In this document: one piece after another, positions 1 to 9,826 of the stretch
How the letters are laid out: every line of letters starts with the position of its first letter
How positions within the stretch are numbered: position 1 is the stretch's first letter
From: an uncultured archaeon
GTDB lineage: Archaea; Asgardarchaeota; Lokiarchaeia; Sigyniarchaeales; SOKP01
Assembly: GCA_964388035.1 (NCBI GenBank)
Contig: CAYLZE010000012.1
Span: forward strand, 1 to 64,000
Reading direction: 5' to 3'
Length of the DNA: 64,000 nucleotides
Position numbers and translations under genes: made by a program
The notes under the pieces: model-generated
The model's input: the letters and a program-made list of their open reading frames with translations, nothing else
Told to the model about the DNA's origin: nothing
Databases searched by the model: none

Positions 1-2
1 CC

Positions 3-1013
3 ATGCGTGTTGCGATGATAAACAATAAAAAGGGTGATCAATTCATCGTGTTTAGTCGTGGTTATCACGGTTCAAATCTCACAATGATGGGAGCATCCCA
101 ACGTTTACCCATGAGGTTCGACGGTTTTGGGCGAGAACATTGGATTCGATGCTTTTATCCTTATTGTTATAGATGCATGTGGAATTATAAAGAAGGTTTT
201 GGTGGAAAAAAAGACAAAGCATGTAATTTGGAATGTCTTGAAATGATACGCCAACAAATAGAACTGTATCCCACGGGAACGCCAATTGGGTGCATCATCG
301 AGCCGATGCAGGGGCCAGGTGGCATGATTCCTGCCCCCGTAGAATTTCTAGAAGGTTTAAAAGAAATTTGTAAAAGAAATAAAATTATTCTCATTTACGA
401 TGAGGCTCAGACAGGTTTTGGAAGAACTGGGAAGATGTTTGCATCCGAATGGTATGAAAAAGAATATAATAAAGATATTTCTCCCGATATTATGACTTTA
501 ACTAAAGCAGCAGCAGCGGGTGTTCCAATTGGTATTACAATTGCATCATCCAAATTACGCATGTTAACAGAATTCGAAGATCATTCCACATTTTCGTCCC
601 CTCCCTTAGCCATGGCAGCTTGCCTAGTAAACATTGAGATTTTACAAAAGCAAAACATACCCGAAAATGCGGCAAAACAAGGGAAAAAAATAACCTCGTT
701 CATACAAGATCTTTCGGAAATTATCCCAGAAATCGGTGATATCCGTGGACCTGGTTTATTTATAGGAGTTGAATTCGTAAAAAATAGAGAAACGCGAGAA
801 CCGTATAATGATGTAATAGAAAAATTAGTTCATGTAGGCTGGAAAAATGGCATATTTTTTGGGGAAGCCATGCAAATAATGTCGACCGCCGGTTATTTTA
901 TCCAAAATGTCCTCAAAATCAAACCACCTCTTGTAATGAACGACGAAGAAACTGACAAAGTATGCGAATTATTTGAAAAATCACTTAAAGAAACGCTTAA
1001 TTCTCTTAAATAA
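3..1013 (+). CDS. Class III PLP-dependent aminotransferase (GabT/ArgD-like), probably 5'-truncated by the window edge
   Basis: GYHG, IIEPMQG, DEAQTGFGRTG, PLP lysine in TLTKAAAAG, RGPGLFIGVE and LKIKPPL motifs. Confidence 0.9.
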   Translation: MRVAMINNKKGDQFIVFSRGYHGSNLTMMGASQRLPMRFDGFGREHWIRCFYPYCYRCMWNYKEGFGGKKDKACNLECLEMIRQQIELYPTGTPIGCIIEPMQGPGGMIPAPVEFLEGLKEICKRNKIILIYDEAQTGFGRTGKMFASEWYEKEYNKDISPDIMTLTKAAAAGVPIGITIASSKLRMLTEFEDHSTFSSPPLAMAACLVNIEILQKQNIPENAAKQGKKITSFIQDLSEIIPEIGDIRGPGLFIGVEFVKNRETREPYNDVIEKLVHVGWKNGIFFGEAMQIMSTAGYFIQNVLKIKPPLVMNDEETDKVCELFEKSLKETLNSLK

Positions 1014-1035
1014 ATAAATAAATAAACAAACAAAC
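1007..1035 (+). repeat. Short (TAAA)n(CAAA)n microsatellite spanning the stop codon, followed by T-tracts (possible terminator)
   Basis: taaataaataaataaataaacaaacaaac read directly. Confidence 0.6.
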
Positions 1036-1374
1036 AGAGTTTTTTTAATATACTTTTTTTAATACTTTTAAATAATTGTTTCTGTAATCATGAATCTAAC
1101 GATAAGTAAAAATAGCATTTATAAAAATTAGAAATAGAAAAAACATCCGTAGTTTTTTTTTATAATCTTATAATCGTAGCGTGCTTGCAAAATATGCCGA
1201 GTTTCTTCAGAAAAAAAGTGTTACCACTTAGCATTATAAAGCTTAAATAATCATATTTTAATTCTATATTCCGATATTATTTCAAACAATCGATACACAT
1301 ATATTCTAAAATTACTATATTTCTTTTAAAAGAAACCACAATTAATCAATAATCTATCTAATCAGATTTTAAAT

Positions 1375-1551
1375 ATGAGCGAAAATAGAAAGAAAGTTTT
1401 AACTATTGAACCTGATAAGATACCGGAAGGAACGTGTATTATTAAAGAATCCATGGTAAATAAAGATCTTAAATATAGCATTTGCAAAGAAAATGGAAAG
1501 ATTAAGCTATTTCCAATATTTAAATTGAAAGAGTCTGAGGAAAATGGTTGA
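1375..1551 (+). CDS. Small 58-aa hypothetical protein (MSENRKKVLTIEPDKIPEGTCIIKES...KESEENG), not in the ORF track
   Basis: Manual translation from ATG at 1375 to TGA at 1549-1551; overlaps the next start codon (1544) by 8 nt. Confidence 0.6.
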   Translation: MSENRKKVLTIEPDKIPEGTCIIKESMVNKDLKYSICKENGKIKLFPIFKLKESEENG

Positions 1552-1843
1552 AAATCTAAATAACAAATCAAGTGAAATAATATTTCAGGCCGATTTCAAG
1601 AAAAATGAAGAAAGAAGATATATAGTGTGGAATCATCTAGCTAATAGATATGATGAATACATCATTAAAAAAGAAAGTTCTACACAACTTGCATTGTATG
1701 TGATAGAAAAGAATACCAAATCGCCTATTTTCGAGTTTTATGGTATGTGGAATGACATTTCAGATGAAGATATTAAATATATTGAAGAATCCATTCAAGA
1801 AGTACGAAAAAGTTTATTATCACGTTTTATTTCTAAAGATTAA
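1544..1843 (+). CDS. Putative VapB-like antitoxin
   Basis: 2 nt upstream of a PIN gene; C-terminal FEFYGMWNDISDEDIKYIEESIQEVR resembles archaeal antitoxin tails (F.G.W.D.E...I...R). Confidence 0.6.
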   Translation: MVENLNNKSSEIIFQADFKKNEERRYIVWNHLANRYDEYIIKKESSTQLALYVIEKNTKSPIFEFYGMWNDISDEDIKYIEESIQEVRKSLLSRFISKD

Positions 1844-1845
1844 CT

Positions 1846-2265
1846 ATGATTTGCCTGGATACAACCTTTTTAATTGACTTCTTTAAAAAAAGAATCAAGG
1901 TAACAGAGTCTTTAGATAGTTATTTATCAAATAATTTAGCTATTACACCTTTTACTATTTTTGAATTATATTATGGATTATATAAATTAAAGAGAAAGGA
2001 TTCAAAATTTAATTTTGAAAAGAGAGAAGAAAAAACAAAAATTCTTTTAAATAAATTGATAATGTTGAATTATAATGAGAATGCAGCAAAAAGAACTGCA
2101 GAAATATTAAATAACCCTGAAAAGCAAGGGATTACCATCGATCTAGTTGATATTATGATTGCTTCAACTGCACTCGCTCAGAATTGCGAATATTTATTAA
2201 CAAGAAATGTTGATCACTTTAAGAGAATTTCAGGATTAGTTATAATAACTTATGAAGTGAATTGA
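1846..2265 (+). CDS. vapC: PIN-domain VapC-family ribonuclease toxin
   Basis: ICLDTTFLID, FELYYG, DIMIASTAL and LLTRNVDHF PIN motifs; 139 aa. Confidence 0.9.
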   Translation: MICLDTTFLIDFFKKRIKVTESLDSYLSNNLAITPFTIFELYYGLYKLKRKDSKFNFEKREEKTKILLNKLIMLNYNENAAKRTAEILNNPEKQGITIDLVDIMIASTALAQNCEYLLTRNVDHFKRISGLVIITYEVN

Positions 2266-2316
2266 TAGGAATTTGAATTGATTTTCTTCAATTTTTTTTG
2301 TCGAATAGAGGGTTAT

Positions 2317-2859
2317 TTACTTTCCCATTTCTCCTTTTTTTAAAAAATATTCTTTAATTTCATCCAAATCATACTCCACATAATAAGGAATAATCAGTTG
2401 TTTTAGATTTTTTAAATTTAGCATCTTTTTAGTGAGAAATCTTTCATCTTCAAAATGAGTGATAAGATATTCTAAACTAGTTAACTTATAAATAAAATCT
2501 GGGAATTGATATAATAAATTCCCTTCTATATTTAAATATTTGAGATTTTTTAACTTCCCGATTGTTTCTGGCAAGATTTTAATACCACAATCTCTTACAC
2601 ATAAAATTTCCAAATTTTGTAATTGATCAAACCATTCTGGAAATATTAAAATACTACAACGTTGAATATAGAGTTCGATGATTGTATCAAATTTAGGGAT
2701 ATGATCAGGAATTTTTTCCATCTGAACGCAATTTAATTTAATTAGTTGATAAGAAGTATTGATTAAATATACAATTACTATATAGGTATTAAGATGCATA
2801 TACTCCCTATAAATATGATGAGCCCTATAGTAAAAAGCCTCGTTCTGTCTATTTTCCAT
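2317..2859 (-). CDS. Short leucine-rich-repeat protein (start uncertain, possibly a fragment)
   Basis: LPETIGKLKNLKYLNIEGNLL and related LRR units. Confidence 0.75.
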   Translation of the reverse strand: MENRQNEAFYYRAHHIYREYMHLNTYIVIVYLINTSYQLIKLNCVQMEKIPDHIPKFDTIIELYIQRCSILIFPEWFDQLQNLEILCVRDCGIKILPETIGKLKNLKYLNIEGNLLYQFPDFIYKLTSLEYLITHFEDERFLTKKMLNLKNLKQLIIPYYVEYDLDEIKEYFLKKGEMGK

Positions 2860-3090
2860 GATTCTAAGAGGGTTCCTAACTTATATTTCTTAACTATGAG
2901 TGGAACTTCATTAATCAACCCATTTGAGAATAACTTCGATATTTAGTAGAATTTAAACAATAACTATATTCTCAAATTCATTTTATTCATTATCTTTCTT
3001 AGGATTAGTTAAACATTTAAGAAATTATTTTAATGAATTCAACTGTATTATATTTAAAAGCTTTTTAAAAATAATCGCCCAAGTATCATC

Positions 3091-4092
3091 ATGTCTTTTG
3101 TGAACTTGTATAACCCTCCAGATCCAATTTTGGCAACGGGCTCTAAAGTGGGAGTGGAATTGGGAGGAAGTAAAATTCTCCTAAGCATTGATAAAGATCA
3201 TAATTTTTACAATGAAGGGGGAATCTTTACAGAGATGAGTTGGGCAGAGTTTTATCAAGAGGAAGGTTTAGAAGATCAGATTGATACTTTCAATGTTCAA
3301 AAATATGATTCTGTAAGAGATAATCCCGAGACTCTAACCCACACGATTGTAAGTTGTATTAATAAAATAATGGAAGAAAAGAGGCTATTCCATAGCATAG
3401 CTGATTTTGAATGCGATGCGTTCTTAAACCAAAATACCGTAATTCCCGGCCTCAAATTAGACAAAGAACTAATTAATAAATTAATGATGGCTCATAAGAA
3501 AAGTAGGGATGAGGCTTTATTTCCTAAATTTATAAAGAATAATCGGGGGATAAAAAGCATCAACATTTCTTTTCAAGGTCTTAATAAAAAGAAATTAATA
3601 TTTCCGGGATCCCACGTAACTGATTATGCGGATAAATTACGCCTTGCGAAAGGTTTTGCAACGGGTATTGTAGTAACTTCTAAAAATGCGGCTAATTTTT
3701 TCATGATGAATGATTTCATTACCTTCAAAGAAGATGAAACTCCTGAATTTTACATTGATAAGGATAGCATTACTGTTATTGAGATGGGGATTCAAAGAGA
3801 TGTATTATTTCCCATTAGTTGGTTTCGAATCGATATTGGGATTCGCTCCTTAGAAACCTTAGAGTTTTGGGATGTTATTAAAGAAAGTAGCGAGCTTCAA
3901 GAAGTTTTAAAACAATACGATGATTATGTAATTAATCTTGTAGTAAGTAAATATAAACATTTGGCGTCTCCCGAGGAAATAGGGGGGGACTTGGAAGATG
4001 ATTTTTATAAGATGTCTCTCCAAGAGAGAAATAAGGCACTAAAAGACATGGCAGATGCCATAAAATTTTTAACAAAGAAATATCAAGAATAA
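3091..4092 (+). CDS. Hypothetical protein
   Basis: 333-aa ORF with globular composition, no recognised motif. Confidence 0.75.
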   Translation: MSFVNLYNPPDPILATGSKVGVELGGSKILLSIDKDHNFYNEGGIFTEMSWAEFYQEEGLEDQIDTFNVQKYDSVRDNPETLTHTIVSCINKIMEEKRLFHSIADFECDAFLNQNTVIPGLKLDKELINKLMMAHKKSRDEALFPKFIKNNRGIKSINISFQGLNKKKLIFPGSHVTDYADKLRLAKGFATGIVVTSKNAANFFMMNDFITFKEDETPEFYIDKDSITVIEMGIQRDVLFPISWFRIDIGIRSLETLEFWDVIKESSELQEVLKQYDDYVINLVVSKYKHLASPEEIGGDLEDDFYKMSLQERNKALKDMADAIKFLTKKYQE

Positions 4093-4097
4093 GGTAC

Positions 4098-4403
4098 TCA
4101 TTTTTTCATTATTCGGGGGGCTTTAAAGTATCCATCCTTTTCATGTTCAGCGTTTTTCAAGGCTTCCTCTTGAGATAAGGATTCCCAAGGGACGTCTTTT
4201 CGAAAAACGTTTTTCAATCCTTCAATAGGATGAGTGGTAGGTTCTACATCAGAAGTATCCAATTGATCTAGTTTTTTAAAATGAGCTAAGATTTCTCCCA
4301 ATTGTTTAGATAATTTATCTTTCTCCTCTTCATCTAAATCTAATAAGGCCAATTTAGAAACATATTCGATGGTTTCTTTGGAAAAGGTGTTTTTCTTAGA
4401 CAT
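4098..4403 (-). CDS. gatC: Asp-tRNA(Asn)/Glu-tRNA(Gln) amidotransferase subunit C
   Basis: VSKLALLDL, LDTSDVEPTTH, NVFRKD and GYFKAPRI motifs; 101 aa. Confidence 0.93.
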   Translation of the reverse strand: MSKKNTFSKETIEYVSKLALLDLDEEEKDKLSKQLGEILAHFKKLDQLDTSDVEPTTHPIEGLKNVFRKDVPWESLSQEEALKNAEHEKDGYFKAPRIMKK

Positions 4404-4535
4404 GAAATATCAATTAGTCGTGGTTATTTTAAAAATCTTTATGATTTAAAGGAAAAAAGGGTTGGAATCATATTAATTTTACTTTATTAAGATTAAAGGC
4501 AAGTTCTGCATTATTTATCTAAGCATCTAATCACT

Positions 4536-5081
4536 TCATAGAATACTTTTATTCTCTTTCCGTCGTTCATCTAATTCATCCACGAATTTATTTGGCTCTC
4601 TGGGTGTCAAGCCGTAATATTTAGTTTTATCATTCTTTTGAACTTTTATTACTACTAAAGACATTAAATTAGTCGCATAAAGGGTGATGAGCTTCTTTCT
4701 ACCATCAATAGGTAATTCAAAAGTTCCAAAAGAATATCCTGGAAGTCTAATACCCCCCAAGCGAAAACCTTGAATTGATTTGATAGGTATTATCATCAAC
4801 TGCTGGATATTTGTAAAATGAATTTTCTTTCGATATGGACCCCATTGAATTATTAGTGAATCTGTGGATAAAATGTATCTCATTTGTTCTACATTATATA
4901 AATTAACAATAAAAATGAAAATGAGCGCGAGCAAAACGTAAAATAAGATCCAAAACGATTCTATTGCATTTAAGGATGTGACATATAATAATATTCCAAA
5001 TAAAATTAGGATGAAAATAAAAGCTAGCATGAAAAATAGCCGCCCTATTGATCTTGCGGGTTTCCATTCCAATATTTCCAT
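4536..5081 (-). CDS. Membrane protein with bacterial-type PH domain
   Basis: Two N-terminal TM helices, then RLGGIRLPGYSFGTF and YGLTPREPNKF. Confidence 0.75.
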   Translation of the reverse strand: MEILEWKPARSIGRLFFMLAFIFILILFGILLYVTSLNAIESFWILFYVLLALIFIFIVNLYNVEQMRYILSTDSLIIQWGPYRKKIHFTNIQQLMIIPIKSIQGFRLGGIRLPGYSFGTFELPIDGRKKLITLYATNLMSLVVIKVQKNDKTKYYGLTPREPNKFVDELDERRKENKSIL

Positions 5082-5680
5082 ATCATTCTTAGATCAAATT
5101 ATTAACTTTTTAATCGTGATGGTAATAATCTATAATTTTAGACCGTCATGATCACTATATTTTTAAGTCAAGTTAGGTATTTTCCAATACTTATCCTTTA
5201 CCTTTTTCAAAACATGCTTTTCTGATTATACTTTCTTGGCATTATTTCTGAGATACATGAGATCGCTAAGCAAATTAGAAAGAGGAAAAAAAAATCTAAT
5301 CATGATTCCTTGAATTGAATATAATTAGAAAGCATTCAATCTTTAAGGTTTTAATCTTCTCAGTTTTTAGGAACATGACTATCCTTTGATTACCATCGAA
5401 TAAATAATAATATATCCTAATTTCCTCGAATTAAAACTAGGTATTTTCCGTATTAAGAATTATTACATGAGCTTTTCTTTTCCATAAGAAATAAATATCA
5501 TGATTTATATTGCCATTATGAAAGTAATCTAGGAATTTTATCCTAAAAATCAATTGATATTGGTATCATTTAAATTCCAGTGCTTTCCCCTAATTATAGA
5601 AGTTCGGGGTAATTTATACTACATGGAAAATAATCATAATTTAAGAATTATAATAATGGAAATTAAATAATCTTACTATC

Positions 5681-5971
5681 TTGTGCAAGTTGGTGAATGA
5701 AATGGGAAAAAGTGACGAATTATTTATAAAGAGAGTTGTTGAGATCATTCATAAAATGAAGTTACCTCTAATCGATGAAAGCGTCCATGAAAAAGTTAAA
5801 ATCAGTGTAAAATCCGCATTAACCACCTTGAGTTTTAAATTCAAGGAAGATGAATCAATAATTAAAGGATTCTTAGGATTAGCAGAATTCTTTCATTCAA
5901 TTATCATAAGAAATAAAAATGAGTTTTATATTCCTACAAACTCGATGGTATTTAAATTAGAGAATGATTAA
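5681..5971 (+). CDS. Hypothetical protein
   Basis: About 90-aa ORF; true start may be the internal Met (MGKSDE). Confidence 0.65.
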   Translation: MCKLVNEMGKSDELFIKRVVEIIHKMKLPLIDESVHEKVKISVKSALTTLSFKFKEDESIIKGFLGLAEFFHSIIIRNKNEFYIPTNSMVFKLEND

Positions 5972-6045
5972 AATAACTGGTATAAAGTTAAAAGATATGG
6001 AATAAGAATTAGTGAGAACATGTAAAGAAGTGGTATTAATAAGAA

Positions 6046-6342
6046 ATGGAAGAAAAGAAATATTATTGTTTGAAATGCAATCGTCATCATCATGAGAAAT
6101 TGGGAACAATTTATGAAAAACATTTGAAATTTTCAAATAAAAAAATTCTAAATAAAAATGAATTAGAACAAGTTAAATCTAAAATTCCTGATGATAAGAT
6201 TCTTGAGTTTGATATGAAAAAATTAAGACCTATCGCAAAAAGGCAAATTAATCGATTATTAAAGAAACTTAGTTATGAGAAGAAACCAGAATTGTATATC
6301 TGGGAAATTAATCGCTTGTTGCTACATGAGTTCGAAAGATAG
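6046..6342 (+). CDS. Small protein with N-terminal CxxC...H zinc-finger-like motif
   Basis: YYCLKCNRHHHEKLGTIYEKH. Confidence 0.7.
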   Translation: MEEKKYYCLKCNRHHHEKLGTIYEKHLKFSNKKILNKNELEQVKSKIPDDKILEFDMKKLRPIAKRQINRLLKKLSYEKKPELYIWEINRLLLHEFER

Positions 6343-6776
6343 TTTATTGAGAGTTAAGTTTCTTTTTTGTTGGTTTTTAAGATTAGATTGTTATACCTGA
6401 ACTTGAGTTAAAAACTTATTGAACATTGTTGAAAATGACATCCCGTTATTTTTTGAAAGCTTGAACATTATAACATTTAAATCTAATTTCATAAAACAAT
6501 TTTTAGTAGTGTTTTGACAAGTTTTTTATTATTAAATTAAGAATATTCATTTTATTAAAAAATCTCTTTAAATGTATAGACAAACTCCTATTTAATTAAA
6601 AATCAAATCCAAATTATTAAATTCTACCCAAAAATTTATTAGTTTTGATTGATACTTATGTTATAGAAACCTAGTAATGGTAGAGAAATTATTATTTCAA
6701 CGTCCCATATCTATAAATGATCATTTTATTATGCTAGATATTTTAAGAATAGGTATGCAAAAAAAAATAATCTATT

Positions 6777-6864
6777 GAGGAAGTTTCCTCCTCTTTGATA
6801 ATAACACAATTGTTAAAAAGAATCGTTCTATATTCATAGGACTAATTACATAAAGGGGGGAGGT
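6777..6864 (+). promoter_or_regulatory. Leader element: GAGGAA-GT-TTCCTC inverted repeat, pyrimidine tract and strong SD-like GGGGGGAGGT
   Basis: Inverted repeat at 6777-6790; G-rich SD ending at 6864, just before the TTG start at 6868. Confidence 0.45.
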
Positions 6865-6867
6865 AAG

Positions 6868-8604
6868 TTGATAAAAGAAAATTTAAAATTAATGAAAGAG
6901 AAGGTAATAATGACCGCTAGTTTGGGTCAATGCGTTCATGTTGCCGGGATATATAATTTTATGGAAATTGCTCAACAATTTGGCTATAAATGCCACTTCA
7001 TTGGTCCCAACTTGTCTATTAAGAAAATAATCAAAAAAATCATTCAAATTAAACCTGAAATAATTGGGTTAAGTTATCGGTTAACTGCTGAGAATGTCAA
7101 TCCACTTTTAGATAAATTCTTCAAGGAATATGATAAGATTGAATATAAGGCTGAAAGATTATTCTTCGCAGGAACTCCCGATGTAGTAAAATATGCTAAG
7201 AGCACCAAAAGATTTAATAAATATTTTATTGGAGGCGAATCTAAATATAAAATTATTTCCATTTTAAGAGAGGATAAACACGCAATAAAAAGTGGGTTTA
7301 CAATCCCAAAAGATTTAATTTCTAGAATAGAATGGAAGAAACCGTATCCCGTAATTAGAGCACATTTTGGGTTGCCATCGCTTGAAGATACTATTAAAGG
7401 AATTGAAAAAATATCGAAATCTGAACTCGTGGATATCATTTCTATTGCTCCCGATCAAAATACTCAAGAACATTTCTTCCATCCAAATGAACGAGATCCC
7501 GCACAATCAGGATCTGGGGGAGTTCCCCTATATACACGGGAGGATTTTCTAAAACTACATCATGCTCGATTAAAGGGCAATGAGCCCTTACTAAGAATCT
7601 ATGCCGGAACTCGAGACTTTATTAAGTTGGCGAAACTATATAGAGAAACAATTGATAATGCTTGGGCAGCAATCCCAATCTTTTGGTTTAATCAAATGGA
7701 CGGGAGAGGCCCTTTATCATTGAAAGAATCTATAAAACAGCATTTAGAAACAATTAATTGGCATGTACAGCAAAATATCCCTGTTGAGATCAATGATCCA
7801 CACCATTGGAGTCTAAGAAATGCCCCAGATGTAATTGCTGTAGCAGATATGTACCTGTGTGGAATAATTGCTAAAGAGCTTGGAGTTAAAAATCTTATCG
7901 CCCAATACATGTTTAATACACCCCCTTCAAGTTCTTTCAATATGGATTTGGCAAAAATTCTGGCTAAGGATGAGCTACTTCAAACTTTAGAAGATGATAC
8001 CTTTCGAGTGATTAAACAAGTGAGAACAGGATTAGCAAGTTTTCCCTTGAATTTAAATGAAGCTAAAGGACAATTGGCGGCTGCTACCTTAGTTCAATTA
8101 GCATTAAAACCAGATATTGTGCACGTTGTAAGTTTTTCGGAAGCAAACCATGCAGCAACGGCTGAAGAGGTAATAGAAAGTTGCAATATTGTGGAACAGG
8201 TAATAAATCGTGTCTATACCAGCCGTTTAAACCTCATTAATGAAGATATAATAGCTAGAAAAGAAGAATTAATAGGGCAAGCAAAATGGATTGTAGGTCT
8301 CATTCCACACTTAATTAGTGATAAACATGAGCAAAAATCACCTTATATTGACTATAACGTACTATCAAAATTAGTAGAATATGGAATTTTTGATGCACCT
8401 CATCTTAAAAATAATCGTTTTGCAAAGGGATTAATCATCACTAAGATGATCGATGGAGCTTGTTATTCATGGGATAAATTTAGACAAAAGAAATACAATG
8501 AACTTGAAAGGATTCAAGCCATATTGGAGGAATATTCTATTGACTTTTCTCTAACAAATTATATTTTTAAAGGAGTCGTCTCAAGAGAGGTGATAAACCA
8601 ATGA
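6868..8604 (+). CDS. Cobalamin-binding protein: B12-binding Rossmann domain fused to a glutamate-mutase-E-like barrel
   Basis: CVHVAG (DxHxxG variant), IIGLSYRLT, FFAGT; C-terminal IVHVVSFSEANHAATAEE and GIFDAP resemble GlmE segments. Confidence 0.8.
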   Translation: MIKENLKLMKEKVIMTASLGQCVHVAGIYNFMEIAQQFGYKCHFIGPNLSIKKIIKKIIQIKPEIIGLSYRLTAENVNPLLDKFFKEYDKIEYKAERLFFAGTPDVVKYAKSTKRFNKYFIGGESKYKIISILREDKHAIKSGFTIPKDLISRIEWKKPYPVIRAHFGLPSLEDTIKGIEKISKSELVDIISIAPDQNTQEHFFHPNERDPAQSGSGGVPLYTREDFLKLHHARLKGNEPLLRIYAGTRDFIKLAKLYRETIDNAWAAIPIFWFNQMDGRGPLSLKESIKQHLETINWHVQQNIPVEINDPHHWSLRNAPDVIAVADMYLCGIIAKELGVKNLIAQYMFNTPPSSSFNMDLAKILAKDELLQTLEDDTFRVIKQVRTGLASFPLNLNEAKGQLAAATLVQLALKPDIVHVVSFSEANHAATAEEVIESCNIVEQVINRVYTSRLNLINEDIIARKEELIGQAKWIVGLIPHLISDKHEQKSPYIDYNVLSKLVEYGIFDAPHLKNNRFAKGLIITKMIDGACYSWDKFRQKKYNELERIQAILEEYSIDFSLTNYIFKGVVSREVINQ

Positions 8605-9710
8605 AATTTTGCGTGATCGGAGCGGGCTCTGGTGGAAGAGCAATGGCTTCTTACATTTCTTCTAAGAATCGACCCGTTAATTTATACAATCGCTCTCCTA
8701 CCCGATTAGTGCATATTAAAAAGAAAAATTCTATTCAAACAGAAGGAATTTTATCGGGAACTTATACGCTCAATTTATTAACACAAAATTTAGAATCTGC
8801 TATTAAAGGTGTTGATGTTATTATGGTTGTAACTCCTGCATTTGCCCATAAAAGTATCGCGCATAGATTAGCCCCATTTTTGAGGGAAGGCCAAATTATC
8901 ATCTTAAATCCCGGGAGAACGTTTGGGTCTATTGAATTTATAAGAGCTATTGAGGAAGTACGAGGGAGAGTACCTGTTTTTGTAGGAGAAACACAAACTC
9001 TATTATTTACTTCCCGAGAAGGGGAAAAAAATAAAGTGAATATCCTAAAAATAAAAAATTCTGTAAATTTTTCTTGTTTTCCAGAAATTTACACTAATAT
9101 TATTTATCAAAAATTAAAAGACATTTTTCCTCAATTAATACCTATTAATAATTACTTGGAAGTTACTTTAAATAATATTGGAATGGTATTGCATCCTGCG
9201 ATTACCTTATTGAACAGTGGTGCAATCGAATCGGGTCGCAAATTTATGTTTTATAAACAAGGTGCTCCCAAAAGGATATGCAAAATTTTAAACAAGATTG
9301 AAGATGAAATTAATGAGATATTCAACCATTTTGGATTGAATCATCTTAAATTCTGTGATTGGGCGGAAAAATCCTATGGAATTAATGCAAGTTGTATTCA
9401 TGAAGCCCTTCAAAAGATAGAATCTTATAAAAATATATATTCTCCGGATAAATTAATAACTCGTTATTTACTGGAAGACGTTCCAATGGGATTAATACCT
9501 ATTTCTTCTTTAGGTAAATTTCTAAATATTCCAACTCCAACCGTAGATTCCATTATTCAGTTATCAAAAATTTTATGCGGAGATGATTTTGAAAATACTG
9601 GAAGAACCATCGAGAAGTTAAGAATCAAAAAATATATAATGGGAAATATAGAAAATGCAGAGTTAACTAAATCATTTCAATTTAAAAAGAAAATACGCTC
9701 CTCTTTCTAA
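8601..9710 (+). CDS. NAD/NADP-dependent opine (octopine/nopaline) dehydrogenase family protein
   Basis: VIGAGSGG, ILNPGRTFG, ETQTL, NIGMVLHP and RYLLEDVPMGL; ATGA overlap with upstream gene; GAGGTGA SD. Confidence 0.9.
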   Translation: MKFCVIGAGSGGRAMASYISSKNRPVNLYNRSPTRLVHIKKKNSIQTEGILSGTYTLNLLTQNLESAIKGVDVIMVVTPAFAHKSIAHRLAPFLREGQIIILNPGRTFGSIEFIRAIEEVRGRVPVFVGETQTLLFTSREGEKNKVNILKIKNSVNFSCFPEIYTNIIYQKLKDIFPQLIPINNYLEVTLNNIGMVLHPAITLLNSGAIESGRKFMFYKQGAPKRICKILNKIEDEINEIFNHFGLNHLKFCDWAEKSYGINASCIHEALQKIESYKNIYSPDKLITRYLLEDVPMGLIPISSLGKFLNIPTPTVDSIIQLSKILCGDDFENTGRTIEKLRIKKYIMGNIENAELTKSFQFKKKIRSSF

Positions 9711-9768
9711 TAGGAAATCAAGTATTTTTAAACCTTTTATTTAAATAGATGTAAGTATATAAAAAAAT

Positions 9769-9812
9769 ATAACAAATAACAAATAACAATATAACAAATA
9801 AAATAACTAAAT
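9769..9812 (+). repeat. Imperfect ATAACAA tandem repeat in intergenic DNA
   Basis: ataacaaataacaaataacaatataacaaataaaataactaaat. Confidence 0.55.
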
Positions 9813-9826
9813 TTAGTGCATTATAA

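Noticed and set aside
2770-2940. Short hydrophobic ORF in another frame overlapping the LRR gene start (possible frameshift remnant)
   Set aside because: Under 60 aa with no clear start or homology; a pseudogene call cannot be supported without alignment
5082-5680. Hidden gene or pseudogene in a 600-nt intergenic gap
   Set aside because: The frames I examined gave only very short ORFs with no recognisable homology
6343-6867. Canonical cobalamin riboswitch upstream of the B12 enzyme
   Set aside because: No B12-box or GGGAA/GCCACTG core motifs; the region is too AT-rich
9769-9812. CRISPR-like repeats
   Set aside because: 7-bp low-complexity units without spacers; no cas genes in the window
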